Below are positions 50,401 to 63,110 of a stretch of DNA of 64,000 bases, in pieces. The notes beneath the pieces are model-generated. The model searched no databases, was not told the DNA's origin, and worked only from the letters and a program-made list of their open reading frames with translations. Position 1 is the first letter of the stretch, and each line of letters opens with the position of its first letter. The stretch is from positions 62,001 through 126,000 of the forward strand of contig VJWM01000280.1 in assembly GCA_010909165.1 (NCBI GenBank), in the 5' to 3' direction. Both the position numbers and the translations under genes were made by a program. Source of the DNA: Anthoceros angustus. Lineage: Eukaryota; Plantae; Anthocerotophyta.

Positions 50401-52749
50401 CCGACACCCGCAAGGCCAAGATGCACGGAGTCCGCCGGCCTACCCGCACGATCGAGCCTCCCACTCCCCAATGCGACGCTCTCGGCCCACGGTTTAGGGT
50501 TATCGGGCCTACCACTCCCGAGTGCGCCGTCCTTTCGGCCCTTGTGAACCTCCTCTCGTAGCGTAAACTTTCCGGACCTCACTGTCCGGACCTCAATCCT
50601 TCGGCCCACGGTTTAGGGTTTCACAAGTTTAGGATTTCATCCCTTTTTTTCCCCCTTAAATTCGCCCCACTTCCTTCGAGGTTGATTCCGTCCTTGGACT
50701 TTGGCCTCACAACTTCTTGCTGTCTTCCGTCGATTACATTGGTGAAAAAGAAAAAGAAAAATAAAACCTAACTAATATGAACAAAACTAAGAGGCATCCG
50801 CCTCTTCTAACACTAGACCGCACCTCTGCAAATGCCGCCTGCACTGTCCTCATAAATCTGTCTTTATCTTGCACTCTAGACATTTCACTCCATATTCTAC
50901 CGTCCCGAGATAATTAAAAAGTGGAATGTGTAGCCTTGAAATCGTTAACCCACGAGGGCTTTGGACAATGAGTGACTAAGCACAATGATTGTTTTTCAAA
51001 CAAGAAAGGATTCCAGTGACCTTGAACCTTGACACCTTACGAGGGCTTGTCCAATGTTTATGAATATATGTAAGTCGCATCCCTCATTTATATACCCAAG
51101 TTTTCCTTGGCCCTTGGGAATCTTACGTGGAATTTTGCATCCCGAAACCCCTAATTACCATGGGCCAAGGAACAATCATCCTTGGATTTCGTCATCCCTT
51201 TTTTTCCCCCTTAAATTCGCCCACTTCCTTCGAGGTTGATTCCGTCCTTGGACTTTGGCCTCACAAATTTTTCCACAAAGTTCTTCTTTCTCGCCGGACG
51301 CCAAGAGTCCGCTAGCCTACTTGCGCCCTCGGACGCCGGAGTCTGCCGTCCTATTGGCGCACTCCGACACCCGCAAGGCCAAGATGCACGGAGTCCGCCG
51401 GCCTACCCGCACGATCGAGCCTCCCACTCCCCAATGCGACGCTCTCGGCCCACGGTTTAGGGTTATCGGGCCTACCACTCCCGAGGCGCCGTCCTTTCGG
51501 CCCTCCCGTGAGACTTCTCACCGGTGAGTGCACGATGTCGTGCAATCCCGACCAGAATCGGTGAAGCTTGAGAAACCGTTTTAATTTTTGAAAGTGTTTA
51601 GAAAGGGCCTATGTAAATTAGCCTACTTGTACCAAATATCAAAGGCTATCGCATCAAGCTATGTTGGAGCTTGAAATGACAACTTGCATGCAGAGAAGGA
51701 AATCAAGTCAACCAAGAACAACCTTTAGACTAAACCACATCCTTGTAGAGGCGGTGAAAACCAAGCGTGGGATGAAAACAATCACTACTATTCAAGTTTT
51801 GAAAAGGGTGGAGACCCCATTAAAAGCGTTGAGCGTTTTTAGAGGACTTAACTTTCTCTCAAGGAGAAGCTCTTTTGCCCACCAAAATTTGGCGTTCCAC
51901 ATGCCCCCTCCCACTCCCCAATGCGACGCTCTCGGCCCACGGTTTAGGGTTATCGGGCCTACCACTCCCGAGGCGCCGTCCTTTCGGCCCTCCCGTGAGA
52001 CTTCTCACCGGTGAGTGCACGATGTCGTGCAATCCCGACCAGAATCGTGAAGCTTGAGAAACCGTTTTAATTTTTGAAAGTGTTTCGTAGAAAGGGCCTA
52101 TGTAAATTAGCCTACTTGTACCAAATATCAAAGGCTATCGCATCAAGCTATGTTGGAGCTTGAAATGACAACTTGCATGCAGAGAAGGAAATCAAGTCAA
52201 CCAAGAACAACCTTTAGACTAAACCACATCCTTGTAGAGGCGGTGAAAACCAAGCGTGGGATGAAAACAATCACTTCTCTCTTTGAAGCTTCCCGTCATG
52301 TCGATGCTTCCGTTGTTCTTAGTTTTGTAGGTCTCCTCAAATTGCCTCTTCTCGGTCCTCCTCAGCCCCAAAGTCGCGAAAGCCTCAATCCTGTGTTTAT
52401 TTGTCCTCCACAGTCATCCTTACATCCTCCATGATTCGATGTGTTGGAATCTCAAACTCAATTAGTAACACTGGTGACATCCAGTAGGTCGGATAGTAGG
52501 CGTTCGTTTATGGTTACCTTCAGGCTGTCCGATATGCCCAAGTCTTTGAATGAAGCTTGTGTGTGTGTGTGGCAGCACCTTAGTCAACTCTCGCCTTTGG
52601 CCTCGCTGCACCACCTCGCTGGCGCTGGAATTTTGCGGCGCAGCAACTCGAGGCCTCTCGCTGGCGTCTTCCTGGAGTAGAACCTTACTCCGCATGTTCG
52701 GGATGCGGGCGGGAGTGACTGGCGCCGCCATGGGCCGGCACCAACCCTC

Positions 52750-53087
52750 CTTTTCTGCGAGCTCGAAATCCTATCAAAGGCGATATATCAGTGCCGTGAG
52801 TGGGAACCCGTGCATTCGTGTTCCAGGTGGATGCAACCCATTTTTCCTTTGCTCAGTAGTGCGGATGCAAGTGGTTAGGCCAGCATGGTCGAGCAAGTCA
52901 TCCGTAATGTAGGGACGCCCCACACGCTCCTTCTCCTCGTGCTCGGTGTCATTATCGAACTTCCTATATTCCAAGGTTTCGCCGACACGACGTTCTTCTA
53001 ACACTAGACCGCACCTGCAAATGCCGCATCTGCACTGCTGTCCTCATAAATCTGTCTTTATCTTGCACTCTAGACATTTCACTCCAT
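52750..53087 (-). pseudogene. TFIIB 5' fragment (Zn ribbon and B-reader)
   Basis: ORF 52774-53004 LEERRVGETLEYRKF...RVGRPYITDDLLDHAGLTTCI; shares private variants with 49590-49925. Confidence 0.75.
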
Positions 53088-53699
53088 ATTCTCGGTGTCA
53101 CGAGATAATTAAAAAGTGGAATGTGTAGCCTTGAAATCGTTAACCCACGAGGGCTTTGGACAATGAGTGACTAAGCACAATGATTGTTTTTCAAACAAGA
53201 AAGGATTCCAGTGACCTTGAACCTTGACACCTTACGAGGGCTTGTCCAATGTTTATGAATATATGTAAGTCGCATCCCTCATTTATATACCCAAGTTTTC
53301 CTTGGCCCTTGGGAATCTTACGTGGAATTTTGCATCCCGAAACCCCTAATTACCATGGGCCAAGGAACAATCATCCTTGGATTTCGTCATCCCTTTTTTT
53401 CCCCCTTAAATTCGCCCACTTCCTTCGAGGTTGATTCCGTCCTTGGACTTTGGCCTCACAAATTTTTCCACAAAGTTCTTCTTTCTCGAGCCGGACGCCA
53501 AGAGTCCGCTAGCCTACTTGCGCCCTCGGACGCCGGAGTCTGCCGTCCTATTGGCGCACTCCGACACCCGCAAGGCCAAGATGCACGGAGTCCGGCTGGC
53601 CTACCCGCACGATCGAGCCTCCCACTCCCCAATGCGACGCTCTCGGCCCACGGTTTAGGGTTATCGGGCCTACCACTCCCGAGTGCCGTCCTTTCGGCC

Positions 53700-54480
53700 C
53701 TTGTGAACCTCCTCTCGTAGCGTAAACTTTCCGGACCTCACTGTCCGGACCTCAATCCTTCGGCCCGTTGGACCCATTTTGAATCCGTTTTCCTCCTTAC
53801 ATCACCGTCCGGTCGGGGGCTGCAAAATCTGTCCGCCCTTCTCAACTCACAACTTCTTGCTGTCTTCCGTCGATTACATTGGTGAAAAAGAAAAAGAAAA
53901 ATAAAACCTAACTAATATGAACAAAACTAAGAGGCATCCGCCTCTTCTAACCGTGGACCCAAAATTTGGTTCCACATGCCCCCTCCCACTTGTTTGCGTC
54001 CACGCAAACAACGGACTCAAAGTGAAAATACTTCTTGACCTTCCAGCCCATTCAGCGTCGATAGGGGGTCTCCATCAAGACTACGCTGGAATGAGACCCC
54101 ATTCTCCTTACCTCCTCAACCTTGTAGGGTCCCATCCACCTCAATCTCAACTTTCACTGGAAAATCTAAGTATCGGTCCGTCATCAAATCTCCAACAATC
54201 ACTTCTCTCTTTGAAGCTTCCCGTCATGTCGATGCTTCCGTTGTTCTTAGTTTTGTAGGTCTCCTCAAATTGCCTCTTCTCGGTCCTCCTCAGCCCAAAG
54301 TCGCGAAAGCCTCAATCCTGTGTTTATTTGTCCTCCACAGTCATCCTTACATCCTCCATGATTCGATGTGTTGGAATCTCAAACTCAATTAGTAACACTG
54401 GTGACATCCAGTAGGTCGGATAGTAGGCGTTCGTTTATGGTTACCTTCAGGCTGTCCGATATGCCCAAAGTCTTTGAATG
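53700..54480 (-). mobile_element. Non-array TE-like degenerate coding block (pieces also at 49488-49590, 50541-50810, 51890-51912, 52271-52750); tentatively LINE ORF1-like
   Basis: Exact shared segments across these sites. Minus-strand broken peptides FKDLGISDSLKVT, FEIPTH...DK.GFRDF and DFPVKVEIEVDG resemble plant LINE ORF1 only weakly. Confidence 0.3.
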
Positions 54481-57353
54481 AAGCTTGAGAAACCGTTTTA
54501 ATTTTTGAAAGTGTTTAGAAAGGGCCTATGTAAATTAGCCTACTTGTACCAAATATCAAAGGCTATCGCAAGCTATGTTGGAGCTTGAAATGACAACTTG
54601 CATGCAGAGAAGGAAAATCAAGTCAACCAAGAACAACCTTTAGACTAAACCACATCCTTGTAGAGGCGGTGAAAACCAAGCGTGGGATGAAAACAATCAC
54701 TACTATTCAAGTTTTGAAAAGGGTGGAGACCCCATTAAAAGCGTTGAGCGTTTTTTAGAGGACTTAACTTTCTCGAAGGAGAAGCTCTTTTGCCCACCAA
54801 AATTTTCAAACCTCCTAGGAGCAAAGATTTGCATAGTACTAAATTGCAATCAAGAATGTAGGTCGCTAGAATGAAGGTGGCGAGATAGTCTAAAATCTTA
54901 TGTGAAACGAGTCATGTCCATGCACACGATGTTTGATTTAACGTAAGCAAAAATCTTGTCACTAAAGGACGTGGACGACGAAGGTCTTTTTCAATCCATG
55001 AAGTCCATCGGCGGCAAACCTTTAACTTTGCATGGTCGGGAGTGTGCATGAGTGTAAGTGTTGGGAATGCGTGTTGACGATGCGGCCGTGGAATGCGATG
55101 CGGATGTATGGATGGGCGCGGTCGGATGCATAGGATTCAAACATTGATGCTTAATGGAGGGAGTCTCGGTCACGGCAGCTATGTCGACTATGTGCGACGC
55201 GACATACTCCTCACATCATTCTTGGCACCCGGGACAAACATTTGACCCCTTGCTGCTTCAAGCATAACAAATTTGGCGTCATAATGCACACGTCTATTGA
55301 TACATTGAATTTTACGTAGTGAGAAAAGTCACCGACCATGTTGCATGCTAGTATGTGAGCACGAAGCACACAGAGCTATTTGATTGAAGGCAAGTTCACG
55401 GCGCATAATCTAAGGCTCAATTCACGAGCTCTTCCAAACAAAAATTTTACTTGTATGTCGTCATCCCTTTTTTTCCCCCTTAAATTCGCCCACTTCCTTC
55501 GAGGTTGATTAGTCCTTGGACTTTGGCCTCACAAATTTTTCCACAAAGTTCTTCTTTCTCGAGCCGGACGCCAAGAGTCCGCTAGCCTACTTGCGCCCTC
55601 GGACGGAGTCTGCCGTCCTATTGGCGCACTCCGACACCCGCAAGGCCAAGATGCACGGAGTCCGCCGGCCTACCCGCACGATCGAGCCTCCCACTCCCCA
55701 ATGCGACGCTCTCGGCCCACGGTTTAGGGTTATCGGGCCTACCACTCCCGAGTGCGCCGTCCTTTCGGCCCTCCCGTGAGACTTCTCACCGGTGAGTGCA
55801 CGATGTCGTGCAATCCCGACCAGAATCGTGAAGCTTGAGAAACCGTTTTAATTTTTGAAAGTGTTTAGAAAGGGCCTATGTAAATTAGCCTACTTGTACC
55901 AAATATCAAAGGCTATCGCAAGCTATGTTGGAGCTTGAAATGACAACTTGCATGCAGAGAAGGAAAATCAAGTCAACCAAGAACAACCTTTAGACTAAAC
56001 CACATCCTTGTAGAGGCGGTGAAAACCAAGCGTGGGATGAAAACAATCACTACTATTCAAGTTTTGAAAAGGGTGGAGACCCCATTAAAAGCGTTGAGCG
56101 TTTTTTAGAGGACTTAACTTTCTCAAGGAGAAGCTCTTTTGCCCACCAAAATTTTCAAACCTCCTAGGAGCAAAGATTTGCATAGTACTAAATTGCAATC
56201 AAGAATGTAGGTCGCTAGAATGAAGGTGGCGAGATAGTCTAAAATCTTATGTGAAACGAGTCATGTCCATGCACACGATGTTTGATTTAACGTAAGCAAA
56301 AATCTTGTCACTAAAGGACGTGGACGACGAAGGTCTTTTCCAATCCATGAAGTCCATCGGCAAACCTTTAACTTTGCATGGTCGGGAGTGTGCATGAGTG
56401 TAAGTGTTGGGAATGCGTGTTGACGATGCCGACTGGAATGCGATGCGGATGTATGGATGGGCGCGGTCGGATGCATAGGATTCAAACATTGGCTTAATGG
56501 AGGAGTCTCGGTCACGGCAGCTATGTCGACTATGTGCGACGCGACATACTCCTCACATCATTCTTGGCACCGGGACAAACATTTGACCCCTTGCTTCAGA
56601 AGCATAACAAATTTGGCCATAATGCACATCTATTGATACATTGAATTTTACGTAGTGAGAAAAGTCACCGACCATGTTGCATGCTAGTATGTGAGCACGA
56701 AGCACACAGCTGAGCTATTTGATTGAAGGCAAGTTCACAACAGATAATCTAAGGCTCAATTCGAGCTCTTCCAAACAAAAATTCCCACTTTGCAAAAACC
56801 ATGCCGGTACTATAACGGATGCATGCGGACGCCAAGAGTCCGCTAGCCTACTTGTACCAAATATCAAAGGCTATCGCATCAAGCTATGTTGGAGCTTGAA
56901 ATGACAACTTGCATGCGACGCGACATACTCCTCACATCATTCTTGGCACCCGGGACAAACATTTGACCTTGAACCTTGACACCTTACGAGGGCTTGTCCA
57001 ATGTTTATGAATATATGTAAGTGTTGGGAATGCGTGTTGACGTCTTCGTGGAATGCGATGCGGATGTATGGATGGGCGCGGTCGGATGCATAGGATTCAA
57101 ACATTGGCTTAATGGAGGAGTCTCGGTCACGGCAGCTATGTCGACTATGTGCGACGCGACATACTCCTCACATCATTCTTGGCACCGGGACAAACATTTG
57201 ACCCCTTGCAGCATAACAAATTGTCATAATGCACACGTCTATTGATACATTGAATTTTACGTAGTGAGAAAAGTCACATGCATGCTAGTATGTGAGCACA
57301 AGCACACAAGCTGAGCTATTTGATTGAAGGCAAGTTCACACATAATCTAAGGC

Positions 57354-58250
57354 TCAATTCACGAGCTCTTCCAAACAAAAATTCCCACTTTGCAAAAACC
57401 ATGCCGGTACTATAACGGATGCATGCGACAATCTGGTAAGTGCTCTTGAGCGTACTCACCGCCACATTACATGCGTCGGCAATGCTCTTGAGCGCACTTC
57501 CCTCGAGATCTTACCATGTATATAACTCCGCCCTGACCGGCTGTGAGCTTGGATATCGAATTTTTGTTTTCCGAGGGCACTCACAACGAAGACAGCTCTG
57601 ACTTTCCTTGCGCATTTCGAGCTGGAACAAAATAGTCGCAAAATCCTTGGGCGGATAGCTTTGACGCGACGGCGGATTTCCTCGGTCTGTGACTGTCATG
57701 CACGGCCCTCATTTCTAGGAGGTCCACCAACTTCCGTCAAGGCTATAGCTGCAGTACCCAAAGCCTCGTAGATTTCTTGCATTGACCGAGGAGTCCTTTC
57801 TTCTTTACAAGCCACGTACATAGCAACACATACGTCTCTTCACAACTCCCTTTTCTCAAGACCCTCGCCTTCTTGTACAAGGAACTTGCCAATACCGCGT
57901 GTTGTGCACAATTCTCATTCTTTCTGCGAGCTCGAAATCCTATCAAAGGCGGATATCATTGCCGTCATGAGTGGGAACCCGTGCATTCGTGTTCCATGGT
58001 GTGGATGCAACCCATTTTCCTTTGCGCGCCAGTGCGGATGCAAGTGGTTAGGCCAGCATGGTCGAGCAAGTCATCCGTGTAATGGGACGTCCCACACGCT
58101 CCTTCTCCTCGTGCTGGTGTCATTATCGAACTTCCTATATTCCAAGGTTTTCGATCGACGTTCTTCTAACACTAGACCGCACTGCAAATGCTGTCTCGGC
58201 TGTCCTCATAAATCTGTCTTTATCTTGCACTCTAGACATTTCAGCTCCAT
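57354..58250 (-). CDS. TFIIB: TFIIB-like copy 13 (many indels)
   Basis: Full-length homologous interval from ATGGAGCTGAAATGT to GTGAATTGA; see ORFs 57456-57641 and 57743-57946. Confidence 0.7.
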
Positions 58251-58550
58251 ATTCTCGGTCTGAGATAATTAAAAAGTGGAATGTGTAGCCTTCAAATCGT
58301 TAACCCACGAGGGCTTTGGACAATGAGTGACTAAGCACAATGATTGTTTTTCAAACAAGAAAGGATTCCAGTGACCTTGAACCTTGACACCTTACGAGGG
58401 CTTGTCCAATGTTTATGAATATATGTAAGTCGCATCCCTCATTTATATACCCAAGTTTTCCTTGGCCCTTGGGAATCTTACGTGGAATTTTGCATCCGAA
58501 ACCCCTAATTACCATGGGCCAAGGAACAATCATCCTTGGATTTCGTCATC

Positions 58551-58655
58551 CTTCCTTATTTGCCTCCGCCTCTACCATCTTAGTGCGATGTCGGTGGCCA
58601 CCAATATGTGCTTAGGAGTCCACAGGTGGAGGTGGGCGAATCGGCCCAACCAATC
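58551..58655 (-). mobile_element. ~100-bp Ty3/Gypsy integrase core fragment
   Basis: The minus strand, with frameshifts, reads D.VGPIRPP...KHILVATD..TKMVEAEA, matching the integrase motif DFVGPI.P....KYILVATDY.TKWVEA.A. Confidence 0.6.
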
Positions 58656-59249
58656 AATTCCCACTTTGCAAAAACCATGCCGGTACTATAACGGATGCAT
58701 GCGGACGCAAAATCTTATGTGAAACGAGTCATGTCCATGCACACGATGTTTGATTAATGGAGGGAGTCTGCCGTCCTATTGGCGCACTCCCAATGCGACG
58801 CGACATACTCCTCACATCATTCTTGGCACCCGGGACAAACATTTGACCTTGAACCTTGACACCTTACGAGGGCTTGTCCAATGTTTATGAATATATGTAA
58901 GTGTTGGGAATGCGTGTTGATCGCGACCGTGGAATGCGATGCGGATGTATGGATGGGCGCGGTCGGATGCATAGGATTCAAACATTGATGCTTAATGGAG
59001 GGAGTCTCGTCAAGTAGTTTATGTCGACTATGTGCGACATACTCCTCACATCATTCTTGGCACCCGGGACAAACATTTGACCCCTTGCTTCAAAGCATAA
59101 CAAATTTGGCGTCATAATGCACATGCCTATTGATACATTGAATTTTACGTAGTGAGAAAAGTCACCGACCATGTTGCATGCTAGTATGTGAGCTCAAGCA
59201 CATAAATTGAGCTATTTGATTGAAGGCAAGTTCACAGATAATCTAAGGC

Positions 59250-60146
59250 TCAATTCACGAGCTCTTCCAAACAAAAATTCCCACTTTGCAAAAACCATGC
59301 CGGTACTATAACGGATGCATGCGGAAAAATCGGTAAGTGCTCTTGGCGTACTCACCGCCACATTACATGCGCAATGCTCTTGAGCGAGTTTGCACGGTTC
59401 CCTCGAGATCTTCTGCACCATGTATATAACTCCGCGGTGACCGATCGTGGGAGAGCTTGGATATCGAATTTTTGTTTTCCGAGGGCACTCCTTGAAAGCC
59501 TCGTGACTTTCCTTGCGCATTTCGAGCTGGAACAAAATCGCAAAATCCTTGGGCGGATAGCTTTGACGCGACGGCGGATTTCGTCATCCCTCATTTCTAG
59601 GAGGTCCACCAACTTCCCAACAACCCCCTGGTCAAGGCTATAGCTGCAGTACCCAAAGCCTCGTAGATTTCTTGCATTGACCGAGGAGTCCTTTCTTCTT
59701 TACAAGCCACGTACATAGCAGGCACATACGTCTCTTCACAACTCCCTTTTCTCAAGACCCTCGCCTTCTTGTACAAGGAACTTGCCAATACCGTGTTGTG
59801 CACAATTCTCATTCTTTCTGCGAGCTCGAAATCCTATCAAAGGCGTATATCGTCCGTCATGAGTGGGAACCCGTGCATTCGTGTTCCGCGGTGTGGATGC
59901 AACCCATTTTCCTTTGCGTGCGGATGCAAGTGGTTAGGCCAGCATGGTCGAGCAAGTCATCCGGTCGTGGACGTCCCACACGCTCCTTCTCCTCGTGCTC
60001 GGTGTCATTATCGAACTTCCTATATTCCAAGGTTTTCGCCGACACGACGTTCTTCTAACACTAGACCGCACTCTGCAAATGCCGCCTGCACTGCTGTCCT
60101 CATAAATCTCTGTCTTTATCTTGCACTCTAGACATTTCAGCTCCAT
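59250..60146 (-). CDS. TFIIB: TFIIB-like copy 14 (last near-full copy)
   Basis: ORF 59934-60146 starts MELKCLECKIKTEIYEDSSAGGIC. ORF 59597-59812 carries repeat 1. Confidence 0.75.
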
Positions 60147-61482
60147 ATTCTCGGCTGTCCTGAGATAATTAAAAAAGTGGAATGTGTAGCCTTGAAATCG
60201 TTAACCCACTAGGGCTTTGGACAATGAGTGACTAAGCACAATGATTGTTTTTCAAACAGTAAAGGATTCCACAGTGACCTTGAACCTTGACACCTTACGA
60301 GGGCTTGTCCAATGTTTATGAATATATGTAAGTCGCATCCCTCATTTATATACCCAAGTTTTCCTTGGCCCTTGGGAATCTTACGTGGAATTTTGCATCC
60401 GAAACCCCTAATTACCATGGGCCAAGGAACAATCATCCTTGGATTTCGTCATCCCTTTTTTCCCCTTAAATTCGCCCCACTTCCTTGAGGTTGATTAGTC
60501 CTTGGACTTTGGCCTCACAAATTTTTCCACAAAGTTCTTCTTTCTCGAGCCGGACGCCAAGAGTCCGCTAGCCTACTGCGCTCGGACGCCGGAGTCTGCC
60601 GTCCTATTCCACCGGACACCAAGGCCAAGATGCACGGAGTCCGTCGGCCTACCCGCACGATCGAGCCTCCCACTCCCCAATGCGACGCTCTCGGCCCACG
60701 GTTTAGGGTTATCGGGCCTACCACTCCCGAGTGCCGTCCTTTCGGCCCTCCCGTGAGACTTCTCACCGGTGAGTGCATCGATGGCATGCGTGCAATCCCG
60801 ACCAGAATCGTGAAGCTTGAGAAACCGTTTTAATTTTTGAAAGTGTTTCGTAGAAAGGGCCTATGTAAATTAGCCTACTTGTCCAATGTTTATGAATATA
60901 TGTAAGTCGCATCCCTCATTTATATACCCAAGTTTTCCTTGGCCCTTGGGAATCTTACGTGGAATTTTGCATCCGAAACCCCTAATTACCATGGGCCAAG
61001 GAACAATCATCCTTGGATTTCGTCATCCCTCATTTATATACCCAAGTTTTCCTTGGCCCTTGGGAATCTTACGTGGAATTTTGCATCCGAAACCCCTAAT
61101 TACCATGGGCCAAGGAACAATCATCCTTGGATTTCGTCATCCCTTTTTTCCCCTTAAATTCGCCCCACTTCCTTGAGGTTGATTCCGTCCTTGGACTTTG
61201 GCCTCACAAATTTTTCCACAAAGTTCTTCTTTCTCGAGCTCTTCCAAACAAAAATTCCCACTTTGCAAAAACCATGCGGTGAAGCTTGAGGTGAGCTTAA
61301 AAAATTTCGGTGAGGTTTCGTGTATCTTGACCTTGAACCTTGACACCTTACGAGGGCTTGTCCAATGTTTATGAATATATGTAAGTGTTGGGAATGCGTG
61401 TTGTGCACAATTCTCATTCTTTCTGCGAGCTCGAAATCCTATCAAAGGCTATCGCATCAAGCTATGTTGGAGCTTGAAATGA

Positions 61483-61725
61483 CCACGCCATCGATCCACT
61501 ATGACACCGACACTCCGTGGACTTGACCTCCACGATCCTCGCGCGTATACTGCTGGCTGGAGTGCCGAGAGTGTCATTTGTTTGGCGTTGAAGATGGCAG
61601 GAATCCCAGGCGCAGGTTGCTGAAGCAGGCAAGCCATTGCGATGGCCTGCGATCTGTCGCAATGTGTATGAGGGCCCGTGGCCGTCGGCGGCTGACGGGC
61701 TGTCTGCTCGTCAACCCGTCGGCGG
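61483..61725 (-). mobile_element. Ty3/Gypsy integrase C-terminal fragment (moss/algal type)
   Basis: ORF 61462-61662 has HLQRQTNDTLGTPASSIRARIVEVKS, like the moss Gypsy motif YLQRQPNDTL...ILRI (recalled, not searched). It is a diverged nucleotide homolog of 63885-64000. Confidence 0.6.
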
Positions 61726-62039
61726 CCTACCCGCACGATCGAGCCTCCCACTCCCCAATGCGACGCGACATACTCCTCACATCATTCTTGGCACCCGGGA
61801 CAAACATTTGACCTTGAACCTTGACACCTTACGAGGGCTTTGGACAATGAGTGACTAAGCACAATGATTGTTTTTCAAACCTCCTAGGAGCAAAGATTTG
61901 CATAGTACTAAATTGCAATCAAGAATGTAGGTCGCTAGAATGAAGGTGGCGATAGTCTAAAATCTTATGTGAAACGAGTCATGTCCATGCACGGCCCTCA
62001 TTTCTAGGAGGTCCACCAACTTCCCAACAACCCCTGGTC

Positions 62040-63110
62040 AATTAGTGCCATCAGCGGTCTTGGAATTCCCTAGGAATTACAGACCTTGGTCGGTGAGACA
62101 CTCGCGCAGCGCCAGCGGCTCGGCGTTACGCAGAAAACTGTGATGTGCTCTGGATGACATGGAACAGCGCAGCGGCCTCCACCACTTGCTAAAGTGCTCT
62201 ATCATCACCAAGATGTACCGTTACCTTGGTGTCTTAGGCGGCTCTCCTATGAGGTCGCGGGACCACGAAGAAGAGCCCCATGATGGGGAGTGGAGTGCGG
62301 CTACAGGTGCTGCATAGTGAAGGATGTTTTGTGGCGGTCACATGGCTCCTGACAAGCGACACATTCCGGACTTGTGCATGCATGCCAAACCCGGATTGAT
62401 GAGGGGGCGATAATTGTAGGTCCTCTTGACTCCAAAATGCCCCATGTCATCATGTACTCTTGAATGAGATATTACACGATCTCCGGGAGGTGGAACCGTT
62501 CCACACCATGGGCCTCTCGGATGAGGTACCCATCTCTCCAGTAGTAGGCAGCAGCACGTTCATGCCACGCTCACGAGCTTTGCTCCAATCTTCACCTAGG
62601 CGGCGGTTGCACAAAGCGTTATGCGTCCTCCCATATGTCCTTGGGGACATGTTGAGCTGCTGCAACCTCAAGCTGTCCAAGGCATGTCATGGCCACCAAG
62701 GCAGCTCTGACCGTCTGCACATCCTCGTGGCTGATCATCCTCATCCTCATCCTCATCCTCAATGTGTGTGGTGGCGTGGCGCACCTCGGTGCAAATATCT
62801 GAATCAAAGGGCTGCCTACGGGCTGCACAGGTTGGTAATCCATGACCTGCCGCGGCACCCACACACATTACGTCGTTACGGGCCACATGCACACCAAAAC
62901 CTTGCATTCATAATCCAGCAACACCGCGGTTTTGCGTGAGTCTCAGCAACATTCCTTTCCACGGACTTCGACAACTGGTTGTTGCAGCTGCCATCGCCGA
63001 TCTTGAGGTCTTGGCCGCCATCATGAGCAAGCACCTCCTCTCGGTGTGATGAGGCCACCACCTCGCATGATCCTTGGCCGTTGCAGCAGCGGGCTTCATG
63101 ATGTAGCCCA
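62040..63110 (-). mobile_element. Degenerate Ty3/Gypsy pol: RNase H-integrase linker, HHCC zinc-binding domain and integrase core start
   Basis: Frameshifted minus-strand peptides: DIWED...YYWRDG.LIR...LIQEY(H)DDMGHFGVKRTY...CDRHKTSF...LHS.PIMG...DLIGEPPKTPR.RYILVMIEHFSKW...ECLTDQG...ALID. These match bryophyte/algal Gypsy integrases (GHFGVKRTY; LHPLPIMG; MIEHFSKW; ECLTDQG). Confidence 0.85.

Larger units (their letters stand above)
1..62040. repeat. Tandem array (macrosatellite) of a ~2.55-kb gene-bearing unit, with variant units and TE interruptions
   Basis: The anchor ATAATTAAAAAGTGGAATGTG recurs at 1, 2557, 5106, 7634, 11581, 16215, 18754, 21328, 24601, 26227, 30264, 32801, 34437, 49051, 49943, 50910, 53105, 58265 and 60165. 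Uninterrupted units are 2528-2574 bp. All are head-to-tail in the same orientation. The array probably continues left of the window. Confidence 0.97.

Noticed and set aside
1-62040. CRISPR array, rDNA/5S array or tRNA genes
   Set aside because: No short repeat-spacer pattern with unique spacers, no cas genes, and no rRNA or tRNA consensus motifs. The unit is a protein-coding 2.5-kb monomer.
62733-62762. (CATCCT)4 repeat
   Set aside because: Encodes an EDEDED acidic run inside the degenerate Gypsy pol linker; ordinary.
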